Assembly (NCBI GenBank): GCA_041746055.1
Contig: JBGTHX010000339.1
Coordinates: 1-41,843, forward strand
Source of the DNA: Lewinella sp.
GTDB taxonomy: Bacteria; Bacteroidota; Bacteroidia; Chitinophagales; Saprospiraceae
Reading direction: 5' to 3'
Length of the DNA: 41,843 nt
Numbering within the stretch: the first letter of the stretch is position 1; each line of letters starts with the position of its first letter. The notes below the pieces were generated by a model, which saw nothing but the letters and a program-made list of their open reading frames with translations, searched no databases and was not told where the DNA came from. Both the position numbers and the translations under genes were made by a program. Shown here piece by piece: positions 1 to 9,638 of the stretch.

Positions 1-68
1 CGGTCAATCAGCTGAGTGCATTCGCCGCGCTCCTCTTTCGACAGCCGGACAATGTATTTCTTGGGCAT
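1..68 (-). CDS. IS630-family transposase, N-terminal fragment (partial; not in ORF track)
   Basis: Manual translation MPKKYIVRLSKEERGECTQLID resembles the 'KKYIVRLTxEER' start of IS630 transposase HTH regions. Confidence 0.75.
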   Translation of the reverse strand, partial: MPKKYIVRLSKEERGECTQLID

Positions 69-138
69 TTCGGTAGTATTTGTTCCCAAAATAGCACAAC
101 GAATCAACTTACCCGAAATCCAAAGCTTGACAGACCAC
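1..138 (-). mobile_element. IS630-family insertion sequence, left end (continues beyond window start)
   Basis: Minus strand reads CTAG-TGGTCTGTCAAGC (TA target within CTAG at 138-141, typical of IS630), then an AT-richer leader and an ATG at 68 opening an IS630-like transposase N-terminus. Confidence 0.75.
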
Positions 139-1457
139 TAGTCATTTCCCGACTCAGCCGTATCCTCCCCAGTCCCGATGCTCTCACTCGGATCCCTGGC
201 CTGGGTACGGCGGACCACTTTGTCAATGCGGGTAGCCAGTACCTGGTGGTCGTAGGCGGAGTTGCGGCCCAAGACGTTGGACATCAGCGCTACCATGTAG
301 CGGGTACCGTCCGGCTGCTCGATGATAGCTACCGAATTCATGTAGTTCATGCGATTGCCCTTGTACTTGGCGCAGCTGGTACCGGGCTTGCAGCCATAGA
401 GGCTTCCTGACTTGAAGTAAACGCCCGCGGAGTCCAGCACCGGAGCGTGGGCGTAGCGGATGCGACGGTCGGTCATGTACATCAGGCGCTTCAGTTCCAG
501 ACTGGAAGGGGCGTCCGCTATCCTGCCCGATTCGAGGGCGGTGAGCCAGATCATGAGGCCGCGTACCGTACCCAGACTTCCGCCCTTCGGAGGGACGATG
601 CCGCTGGCGCCGCGGGTGAACATGGTGCCGAGCCGCCAGGCGTCGCCGTCAATGCCCATATCACGGAGGGGACCGTTCACGACGTCCTCCCCGATATCCC
701 GGAGAGTGGCGCGATCGGTGGTTTTGAAGTAATCCATCATCTCGTCGTAGGTGAGGTCGGCGTAGCGGTCGCCGAAGATGCGCATCAGCATGGCTTCGCG
801 CCAGACGATACTTGCCGCACCGTTGTTGCTCACCGAGAGCATATGGTCCACCCACTGGTAGAGGTTAAACTGGTCGCTGGGATCCACCCGCTTGCGGGCG
901 TAGCGCTCCGTAGCGGTGTCGTAGAGCGGAATGGTGTGGTGATCGTAGACGCCAAAGGGACCGGCCTTGACCACCTTTTTTTTCATCAGAGACCACCGCT
1001 GCTGGATGCTGTCGGGGTATAGGTTCTGCAGCTCGCAGAAGAAGGCAGTGGCCACGGCGAGTTTACCGACGCTGCCGGGCTGGTAACCCGCCGTGGGATT
1101 GCGCTCGGCGTAGCGGTGGGGGCGGCCCTCCGTCATGTCGAATACGGCCACCGAGTACGACGGGTGCATATTGGGGAAAATCTTGCTGATCTCCTCCTGC
1201 AGCTCCGGGTCCACTTCGGGTAGCTCGAGCACGGGATCGCCCATCAGGTTAAGGCGTACGTATTCGAGCCCGTGGCGGGCGCCGTACGGGAGGGTGCGGA
1301 CCAGCGCGGTGCTGTCCATATTCATCAGCCGCACCAGCCGGGCAATTCCGGTATTGGCGAAGCCGTCGATGGGGTAACCGGCCGCGGGACGCGCGGGAAG
1401 CAGGACGGCCAATAGGATGCCCAGGAAAAGAAAAATGCGTAAGGTTCGAATCATCAT
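138..1457 (-). CDS. Secreted serine hydrolase, class A beta-lactamase/PBP-like fold
   Basis: Signal peptide; SxxK (PGSVGK), SxN (SVSNN) and KSG motifs in the canonical order. Confidence 0.75.
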   Translation of the reverse strand: MMIRTLRIFLFLGILLAVLLPARPAAGYPIDGFANTGIARLVRLMNMDSTALVRTLPYGARHGLEYVRLNLMGDPVLELPEVDPELQEEISKIFPNMHPSYSVAVFDMTEGRPHRYAERNPTAGYQPGSVGKLAVATAFFCELQNLYPDSIQQRWSLMKKKVVKAGPFGVYDHHTIPLYDTATERYARKRVDPSDQFNLYQWVDHMLSVSNNGAASIVWREAMLMRIFGDRYADLTYDEMMDYFKTTDRATLRDIGEDVVNGPLRDMGIDGDAWRLGTMFTRGASGIVPPKGGSLGTVRGLMIWLTALESGRIADAPSSLELKRLMYMTDRRIRYAHAPVLDSAGVYFKSGSLYGCKPGTSCAKYKGNRMNYMNSVAIIEQPDGTRYMVALMSNVLGRNSAYDHQVLATRIDKVVRRTQARDPSESIGTGEDTAESGND

Positions 1458-1538
1458 GAGTACAAGGTGGCTTTGCCTTACCGTGCCCCCGGCCGCATTG
1501 TTCGGGCGGGGACGCGGGTGCGGGGAGTTCCGCTAATG

Positions 1539-1546
1539 CAAAGATA
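1539..1546 (-). promoter_or_regulatory. Bacteroidota housekeeping -7 box (TATCTTTG) for the serine hydrolase
   Basis: Exact TAnnTTTG match about 80 nt upstream of the start. Confidence 0.6.
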
Positions 1547-1594
1547 CGGGTCCCACCGGGCCGATGCTCCTCACCCTTCGGATGACGAACTATC

Positions 1595-1615
1595 GATAGA
1601 CCTCGGAGGTCTGTC
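1595..1615. repeat. Short palindrome GATAGACCTCGGAGGTCTGTC (REP-like)
   Basis: Near-perfect inverted repeat in the divergent intergenic region. Confidence 0.4.
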
Positions 1616-1792
1616 AATCTGTCGCGACGTGCGACTTCGCGCCTGTATTAGGCAAATGGTGAATGATAGCAAGTAATGAGCGCGTTGATCCCCCAAAATT
1701 CCCGGTTTGCCAGACATCCATGGTGTATGCCACCTCCGACGTCTGAAAAATTGGCAGCCGTGCCCGGCCAGACATAATTGATGGAAATACAG

Positions 1793-1800
1793 TACCTTTG
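1793..1800 (+). promoter_or_regulatory. Bacteroidota -7 box (TACCTTTG) for ahcY
   Basis: Exact TAnnTTTG match 18 nt upstream of ATG 1819. Confidence 0.7.
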
Positions 1801-1818
1801 CGCGCTAAAATCACCGTT

Positions 1819-3132
<1,314 letters not shown>

Positions 3133-3138
3133 GTGCGG

Positions 3139-3182
3139 GTAGCCTGTAGCTTGTAGCTTACCATCTACAAGCTACAAGCTAC
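3139..3182. terminator. 18-bp hairpin built of TTGTAGC/GCTACAA heptamers downstream of ahcY
   Basis: GTAGCCTGTAGCTTGTAG - 8-nt loop - CTACAAGCTACAAGCTAC with one mismatch; no strong U-tract. Confidence 0.55.
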
Positions 3183-3189
3183 TTCCCCG

Positions 3190-3213
3190 CAACCCTTCCA
3201 CTCCCCTACAGTT
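3190..3213 (+). promoter_or_regulatory. Putative ECF-sigma promoter CAAC-N16-AGTT
   Basis: Variant of the motif at 23259, 37116 and 38577; 21 nt upstream of ATG 3235. Confidence 0.35.
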
Positions 3214-3234
3214 CGGTACCAAAGTCATTGTACA

Positions 3235-3507
3235 ATGGGAAAACCGAATGAAGGGGCCGCACCTCCTACCTGGAAACTGATGCTGGTGAAGTGGCTGGGA
3301 CTATTCCCGCCCCTGGTACTGATTTCCTATGTGCTGAAGTGGCTGAACGTCGAGCCGCTGATCCTGAAGCTCTTTCTGGAGACACTATTTCTGGTGCCCC
3401 TGCTCAACTACGTCATTGCGCCCCTGGCGGACAGCCTCTTTTCGGAGTGGCTCTACAAGGGCATTGATGCGGAGCAGCAGAATAAATCGGTCAATATCGG
3501 CGGGTAG
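3235..3507 (+). CDS. Small membrane protein resembling the C-terminal membrane domain of ABM-superfamily (COG3224-like) proteins
   Basis: PPTWKLMLVKWLGLFP...VPLLNYVIAP...WL pattern; two hydrophobic segments. Confidence 0.65.
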   Translation: MGKPNEGAAPPTWKLMLVKWLGLFPPLVLISYVLKWLNVEPLILKLFLETLFLVPLLNYVIAPLADSLFSEWLYKGIDAEQQNKSVNIGG

Positions 3508-3515
3508 CCGCTCCC

Positions 3516-5435
3516 TTACTTTGTCCGGCGCTCGCGGAAGACGAGCTGGAGATGTTCCGCCTTGGCCACGTCGGCAAAGAACTGATAGAAGCCCTGGTAC
3601 TCGTTGGCCGGCAGGTTCACGGGCTTGAGCTTAAGCGTCCGGATCCAATAGATGTCACCGTCGTGTACCTGCATCTCCGCACGGTACTCTCCTGCCGCGT
3701 GGGTGTACTCAATGGGCTCACCGGCGAGCCCGCTCTCGATTTCCAGCCCGGCCGGATAGGTGACCTGTACGGTATCTACGTAGAAGCGGGAACTTTCGTA
3801 GCGTACCGGCAGACGGCGGTCGTCATCGCGTTCCGGGATCCAGTCGATGGGATTGGGGTTGAGGGAGAAGAACCTGCGGCTGCCGAGCTTGCGTACCCGA
3901 TTGTTGAGCACGGTGGAATAAGCGATACTTACCTCCGGTCGGTCGGAGGCCACCGCGTAGCGGTATTCGCTACCGGACACATCGGGTAAAAAAGCATTGC
4001 GGTGTAGCCAGTCGAGCTGGTCCTGGCGGGCGCCGATGTGCGCGCCCAGACTCCGGAACAGTTCCTGGGCCGCGCCGAAATATTCGGCCTGTTGGCTGAA
4101 GGCCACCTGATCGTTATCCTGCAGCGCCAGCGAGACCGTCCGTATGTGTCCGTGCTCGGAGGGGATGAGCGCCGGGGTACGGGACAGCTTTCCCCCCTCC
4201 GGAGTGATCCATAACACATTGCGGTCCTGCTTGTCTTCGCCCAGGTAACCGGTGGGCGCGTATTTGCTGGTACACTCCAGGTACATATCCTGTGAGGGCA
4301 CGTAAAGTACTACGTGATTGAAGGAGGAACTGGCGAAGGACTCATGGGGAGAATAATAGGGTTCCTCGTCCCACCGGATCAGTACCGGATAGGAAGCAAT
4401 TCCCACCTCCCGCAACATCGCCCCCATATAGTTGCTGAGGGCCTTGCAGTCGCCGAAGCGGTTCTCCTCCACGTAGGCCGCGCTGAAGGGCTGCCATCCC
4501 CCGATCCCCAGCTGTATGCTGACGTAACGGCAGCGCTCCTGCAGCAAATGATAGAGTAGGTCAATCTTTTCCCGCTCGTTGGCGGCACCGGCTACGGTCT
4601 CCCGCACTTCCACGGCGAGCGGCGCGGGGAGCTCGTCCCGGCCGGCCATGATGCTGGCCATGAATTTCCCGAAGTCCTGCCAGCTGCGGTAGCTGCCCGC
4701 GTAACCATCGATGCGGAAAGCGGCCGGTTCCGTGCGCACGTACGGGAGCGTTTCGGAGGGCGAGGGGGCCAGAGGCTCCGCAGATTGTGCCGCCAGGTTT
4801 TCGAGCTTCCAGTGGTAGGTCGTGCCATCGCCCGCGCTGGTGATGGTAGCTCCCTCCACCAGGTGCTCCTCGTAGAGCAGGTCGCTGCCGGTCGGCATGT
4901 GCACGGTGAGATTGGCCTCGATCAGAGACTGGTCCCGGTCCACCGGTGCCCAGTGCGGAAAGCCCGTGGTCGCCGCGAAGTCCGACAGCTTCTTCTCCAC
5001 TTCCATGACGATGGTACAGGGAAAGGAGGAGCAGGGGGCCTTGGTGTATTTCACCCACCGGTCATCCAGGAAGGAAGTCTCATCCGAGTGGGGGCGGTCG
5101 GTGATGTCGCTCTTCCGGGCCTTGAAGGTTTCGCGGCCGAAGGCATCGTAGGTGGCCACCTCGAAGGTGGTGATCTTGGTGTCGTCGGTGTAGAAGTCGT
5201 ACACCTTCTCCGAATAGTCCTTGGCATTCAGCAGCGTCACTACGTGGCGGTACCGCAACAGGGCGGTCCGGTCGGAGGTAGCGGTGTACTCGTAGTCGTA
5301 GGAGACGACCACGGAGTTGGCGTTGGCACGGAGGCTGTCCGGAGCGGCCAGGGCCCGCAGCGCTTCCGGGACTTGCCCCTGCACCCGCGTTCCCGCCAGT
5401 AAGAGAAGAGTGAACAGCAGACTGCAGCGAATCAT
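3516..5435 (-). CDS. DUF3857 + transglutaminase-like domain protein (catalytic Cys retained)
   Basis: Signal peptide; RYVSIQLGIGGWQP, GDCKA, FNHV and LECT motifs; start overlaps the upstream paralog stop (ATGA). Confidence 0.88.
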   Translation of the reverse strand: MIRCSLLFTLLLLAGTRVQGQVPEALRALAAPDSLRANANSVVVSYDYEYTATSDRTALLRYRHVVTLLNAKDYSEKVYDFYTDDTKITTFEVATYDAFGRETFKARKSDITDRPHSDETSFLDDRWVKYTKAPCSSFPCTIVMEVEKKLSDFAATTGFPHWAPVDRDQSLIEANLTVHMPTGSDLLYEEHLVEGATITSAGDGTTYHWKLENLAAQSAEPLAPSPSETLPYVRTEPAAFRIDGYAGSYRSWQDFGKFMASIMAGRDELPAPLAVEVRETVAGAANEREKIDLLYHLLQERCRYVSIQLGIGGWQPFSAAYVEENRFGDCKALSNYMGAMLREVGIASYPVLIRWDEEPYYSPHESFASSSFNHVVLYVPSQDMYLECTSKYAPTGYLGEDKQDRNVLWITPEGGKLSRTPALIPSEHGHIRTVSLALQDNDQVAFSQQAEYFGAAQELFRSLGAHIGARQDQLDWLHRNAFLPDVSGSEYRYAVASDRPEVSIAYSTVLNNRVRKLGSRRFFSLNPNPIDWIPERDDDRRLPVRYESSRFYVDTVQVTYPAGLEIESGLAGEPIEYTHAAGEYRAEMQVHDGDIYWIRTLKLKPVNLPANEYQGFYQFFADVAKAEHLQLVFRERRTK

Positions 5436-7435
5436 TTGGCGCGTTTTAGGACCAGGGGGGTCTCCTGGAGTTCGATGATGCGGCGGTACAAATCGCGCAG
5501 GGCAGGATACTCCACGGCGGCGTAGAGGGTGCGTTCCAGCTGGACGTTATAAATCACCTGAAGGGTGCCGGGCACGGTCTCACTGACCGAATAGCTGGCG
5601 ACCATACTGCCGTCCTCGGCGCGCAGGCGTACCGGTGAGGGAGCCTCCTCGAGTACGTAACCTTCGGGGAGGTGCACCGTGGCGATGTAGCGCTGCATCC
5701 AGGGATAGGGAAAATCGATCGGCAGCGTGCGGGTCTCCACGTCAGCCAGGTGACCGTCGAGGAGCGGAAGTACTACGGGCTGCACATACAGGAAGTCGTT
5801 GACGGGCTGGGCGGCCGCGAGTTCGACGTCCAGTTCGTAATCGAAGCGGGCGGGAATCACGACCTCGGACTCCACTTCGCGGAAGGATACCACCCGGAGT
5901 TCGGGGAACCGACGGAGCAGGTCGGGCACGAGCGGAGCCTCGCTCCTATCGCCGGAGGCCAGCGCACTGCGGGCGTCGAAGGCGAAGTAGTTCTCCATCC
6001 GCGACTGCAGGTGGGCGGTGGTTGCTCCGTCGGCACCGATCGTCATTTCGGCCACCACGGTTTGTCGGGATGAGGGCACCTCCAGGTTGACCCAGCGGGG
6101 ATGCTGCTTGTCGGCCACCCAGCCCCGGTGGTTGAGGGCCCGGGAGCGGGGAAGTCCGGCAGGCCGCTCCGCCTCGTTGGCATCCAGGAAGACCGGTTGG
6201 CCATCCAGTTCCAGGTACACCATCAGGTGATTGAACTGGTAGAGCAGCGGGTAGGCCTCGATCGGGGCCCCGCTGTTGCGGAGCGAGACCAGCAGGGGGT
6301 GAGCGGGCACGCCGGCCTCGTTAAGCAGCGCCAGCAGGGCCATGTTCAGGTCGGCGCTGTTGCCCTCCCCGCGGTCGGCGAAAATGCGGTCGGGCGGAGC
6401 GGATGCCAGCATGCCGTAGCGGCCGTTCCACCGGAAGTTGCGGGTCACGTAGGCGTAGGCGGCCTCCATCTTCTCCCGGTCGGTGGCGGCGGCCGCGAGT
6501 ACGGGCTCGGCGGACTTCCACAGCTGGTTGTAATTGGATTTGTTGCGGTAGTAGCGTCCGAAATCGTCGCGCGACTGCAGCTCCTCCACCGTCTCCTGCC
6601 AGTCGCCGAAGATGCTGCGTACGCCGCCCGTGGGGTATTCCACCTCCTGCAACTGCAGGCGCACCTGGGGGACGTAGTCCACGGCATTGTTGCTGTACGG
6701 CTGCTCGCGCAGGGCCGCGAGATCGCGCATGGCCCACAAGATGTCGCCGTGCTGGATCTTTTGCTGCCCGGAGTTGTACGCGGCCGTGTTGAAGCGCGGG
6801 CCCCACGCCCGATTGGTCAGCTTGGTCTCGTCCACGTCCATCCGCGTGGCGCCCAGGGTGATATAGCGGTAGTAGGGCGGGATCATGGCCGTGAACTGGG
6901 CCCAGCGGACGGGGATGTCTTCCTGGAAAAAGTAGGCCGAGGGGATCAGGATGCTCTTCTTCCGGTACAGGTAGCGGTATTCGATGACCGCCCCCACCTC
7001 CACGCGGGGAAAGGTGAATTTGAGGCTGACGTCCGTATCGCCCTGCTTCTCCTCGACGATCGCGGAAGCCGGTACCGGTAAGGAGCCTCCGCCGGGCAGG
7101 TGAATGAATGCCTCGATCTCGGAGATGCTGCTGTACGCCCGGTCGTACTCCAGGACCACGTCGGCCTCGTCGAAGGCCGATGGCTTGAGCAATTTCACCC
7201 GGCGGTGGTAGCGCTCGGTAAGGGAAGGGCCGTCCTGCTCGTTGTATTCGAAATCCAGGTGCATGGACTTGTAGAGCACGTACGCGTCGGTGGTGGAGTC
7301 ACCGGGTGCAACGGTCAGGGCGCGGTCTTCCGGGCTGAGGCGGCCAAATTCCACCTGCGGCCTGTCCTGGGCGGACAGGGAGGGAGCGACCAGTAATCCG
7401 CAGAGGAAGGGAAGGTGGAGTAAAACTGTTTTCAT
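5432..7435 (-). CDS. DUF3857 + transglutaminase-like domain protein (Cys absent)
   Basis: FTFPRVEVGAVIEY, FFQEDIPV, GNSADLN, FNHL and LDA motifs; likely ATG 7435 (MKTVLL signal peptide). Confidence 0.88.
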   Translation of the reverse strand: MKTVLLHLPFLCGLLVAPSLSAQDRPQVEFGRLSPEDRALTVAPGDSTTDAYVLYKSMHLDFEYNEQDGPSLTERYHRRVKLLKPSAFDEADVVLEYDRAYSSISEIEAFIHLPGGGSLPVPASAIVEEKQGDTDVSLKFTFPRVEVGAVIEYRYLYRKKSILIPSAYFFQEDIPVRWAQFTAMIPPYYRYITLGATRMDVDETKLTNRAWGPRFNTAAYNSGQQKIQHGDILWAMRDLAALREQPYSNNAVDYVPQVRLQLQEVEYPTGGVRSIFGDWQETVEELQSRDDFGRYYRNKSNYNQLWKSAEPVLAAAATDREKMEAAYAYVTRNFRWNGRYGMLASAPPDRIFADRGEGNSADLNMALLALLNEAGVPAHPLLVSLRNSGAPIEAYPLLYQFNHLMVYLELDGQPVFLDANEAERPAGLPRSRALNHRGWVADKQHPRWVNLEVPSSRQTVVAEMTIGADGATTAHLQSRMENYFAFDARSALASGDRSEAPLVPDLLRRFPELRVVSFREVESEVVIPARFDYELDVELAAAQPVNDFLYVQPVVLPLLDGHLADVETRTLPIDFPYPWMQRYIATVHLPEGYVLEEAPSPVRLRAEDGSMVASYSVSETVPGTLQVIYNVQLERTLYAAVEYPALRDLYRRIIELQETPLVLKRAK

Positions 7436-7498
7436 AGGAGGCTTTAGCACCACTAAAGATGCAGGGCGAAACCCACAAACTGTGGTAGCGGAGCAGCT

Positions 7499-9496
7499 TT
7501 ATTTTGCGCGCGTAAACACGATATTGGCTTCCTGCAGATCGATGATTCGGCGGTACATGTGCCGCAGCATCGGGTAGTCCGCGGCCTGGTATACGGTGCG
7601 GTCCAGCGACACCCGGAAGACCAGAGAAATAAGGCCGCTTCCGTTGTCGGTGACCGAATACGTGGCGCTCATCCCGCCGTCCTCGGACTGCATACGGATA
7701 GACTCCGGAAGCTCCTCCACGGTGTAGCCTTCGGGAATGACCACATTGGCTACGTAGTCGAGTTGCCAGGGGTAGGGAAAGTCCACGGGGTACAGGCGGG
7801 TTTCCACGTCGTCGAGCTCCTTGTTGAGCATCGGGATCAGTACGGGCTGCAGGTACAGAAAGTCGTCGGAGGCCATCGCGGCGGGAACCTGCATGGACAG
7901 ATTGACCGAGAGCGGTGCGGAGGCGTCGTCGTCTCCCCCACCCACTTCGTGGGTAAGCAGCCGGGCCTCGGGGAAGGCCGACAGCACTTCGGAGGCGATC
8001 GGGGTATCGTCGGGTGACTCCTGACGCTGCAGCTGGCCACGACCGGAGAAGGCGTAGTAGCTCGTGAGCCGGCTCTGTAGGTCCACCTCGGCTCCGCCGG
8101 CCTCGTCCAGCCGGATCGTAGCCATGACCACCTGCCGGGCCTGGGGTACTTCCACGTCTACCCAGCGGGGCTGGTCGGCATCCACTAGCCAGCCGCGGTG
8201 GTTGAGGCTGGCTACGCGCGGGAGGCCCGGCGGGCGGCTCGGTCCGTTGGCGTCGAGGAGGTAAGGCTTCCCGTCCACCTCGGTGTACACCATGAGGTGG
8301 TCGAACTGGGTCAGGATGGGATAGAACTCGATCGGGCTGCCGCCGTCGCGCAGCGACACCAGCAGCGGGTAGGCCTCGATACCGGCCTCCCGCAGCATGG
8401 CCAGCAGGCTGAGGTTGAGGTCGGCGCTGTTGCCCATCCCCTCGGCGAGTAGTTTGTCGGGGGACTCGGTACCGAGAAAGCTCACCTCGGAGTTACTCCG
8501 CAGGCGCCGGCACACGTAGTAGTAGGCGGCGTCGATGCGCTCCTTGTCGGTGGTACCGGCCAGGATCTCCTTCCGGGCTTCGTCCCACATCTTGTCATGG
8601 GTGCCGCGGTTGAGGAACGGGTCACCGAAATCATCGCGATCGAGGAGCTCCTCGGCCAGCTGCTTCCAGTTGCTGAATATGGGCTGGACGATCTCCCCCG
8701 GGTAGGCCACCTCCTGCAGTTGCAGCCGCACCCGCGGCAGGTAATCGTGCAGGTTGTTGGTGTAGGGCTGGACGCGGAAGGATTCCACGTCCCGCATGGC
8801 CCAGCGGATCTCGGTGTGGGCCACGTGGTCGTTGTTGTCCGCGGGGGCATTGCGGAAGCTCGGTCCCCAGGCCCGACGGGACTGCCCCACCTCGTTGACG
8901 GCGTACTGCCCATTGGTACCCAGGCTGACATAATTATAGTAGATGGGTATCGAGGCGGAGTATTCCGCCCACCGCACGGGAATCTTCCGCTGGAAGGCGA
9001 AGGAAGAAGGGATCAGGATACTCTCCGTCGTGAGCGTGTATTCGAATTCGATGATGGCCCCGGCGGTCACCTGCGGGTAGGTGAATTTGATCGTTTCCCC
9101 CTGGTCCTTGTCCTGCTCCCGGATGAAGTCGCGGCGCGAGAGCTTCACCGACTCGCCGGTCGGCAGATGGATCACGGCGTGCAGGCCGTGGAGTTTCTGG
9201 TAGCTGCGGTCGTAACTGATCTCCAGGTCGGCGAGATCGAAGGAGGAGGCCTTGAGCAGCTTGGTGCGGGTGTGGAAATACTCCGTGCGGGCGGGGCCCT
9301 TGTCCTGAAGCCAGACGAACTTCAGGTCGAGCCGGTCGTACAGCACATAGGCGCCCGCGGTCGAATCCCCGGCCGGGGGCAGGGCGGCAAGCTCCTCGGC
9401 GCTTACTTTGCCGAAACGGACGTCATCAAAGTCCTGGGCACCCAGGAAGGCGGAAAGTAACAACAGGGGCAGCAGCGCGCCCGGACGGAAAACCAT
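7499..9496 (-). CDS. DUF3857 + transglutaminase-like domain protein (Cys absent), paralog of 5432..7435
   Basis: FGKVSAEEL, FTYPQVTAGAIIEF, GNSADLN, FDHL and LDA motifs; likely ATG 9496. Confidence 0.88.
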   Translation of the reverse strand: MVFRPGALLPLLLLSAFLGAQDFDDVRFGKVSAEELAALPPAGDSTAGAYVLYDRLDLKFVWLQDKGPARTEYFHTRTKLLKASSFDLADLEISYDRSYQKLHGLHAVIHLPTGESVKLSRRDFIREQDKDQGETIKFTYPQVTAGAIIEFEYTLTTESILIPSSFAFQRKIPVRWAEYSASIPIYYNYVSLGTNGQYAVNEVGQSRRAWGPSFRNAPADNNDHVAHTEIRWAMRDVESFRVQPYTNNLHDYLPRVRLQLQEVAYPGEIVQPIFSNWKQLAEELLDRDDFGDPFLNRGTHDKMWDEARKEILAGTTDKERIDAAYYYVCRRLRSNSEVSFLGTESPDKLLAEGMGNSADLNLSLLAMLREAGIEAYPLLVSLRDGGSPIEFYPILTQFDHLMVYTEVDGKPYLLDANGPSRPPGLPRVASLNHRGWLVDADQPRWVDVEVPQARQVVMATIRLDEAGGAEVDLQSRLTSYYAFSGRGQLQRQESPDDTPIASEVLSAFPEARLLTHEVGGGDDDASAPLSVNLSMQVPAAMASDDFLYLQPVLIPMLNKELDDVETRLYPVDFPYPWQLDYVANVVIPEGYTVEELPESIRMQSEDGGMSATYSVTDNGSGLISLVFRVSLDRTVYQAADYPMLRHMYRRIIDLQEANIVFTRAK

Positions 9497-9638
9497 ACGG
9501 AAAGGGTTCACGGACGTGACCCGCACAAACGGGCCACGCCGGGGGGTTAAAGGCAAAAGCACTCCTTAGATAAACCAAACTCCGCCGGTAATTATTGGAT
9601 TATACCGCATTTGTTAAGACCTGTCACTTCCCCCGCCC

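Noticed and set aside
1587-1610. GAAC-N16-AGGT as an ECF promoter for ahcY
   Set aside because: Weak -10 element, 200 nt from the start, overlapping a palindrome. It shows that the weak motif variants occur at background level.
127-1617. Composite transposon carrying the serine hydrolase between the two GGTCTGTCAA copies
   Set aside because: The 10-nt copies point outward from the gene, the second lacks the TA/CTAG terminus, and there is no second transposase.
1620-1818. SAH riboswitch upstream of ahcY
   Set aside because: No convincing consensus by eye, and the -7 box is only 18 nt from the ATG, leaving no room in the leader. An Rfam scan would settle it.
3139-3182. CRISPR-like or microsatellite array
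   Set aside because: Only about 5 heptamers in inverted arrangement, with no spacers and no cas genes.
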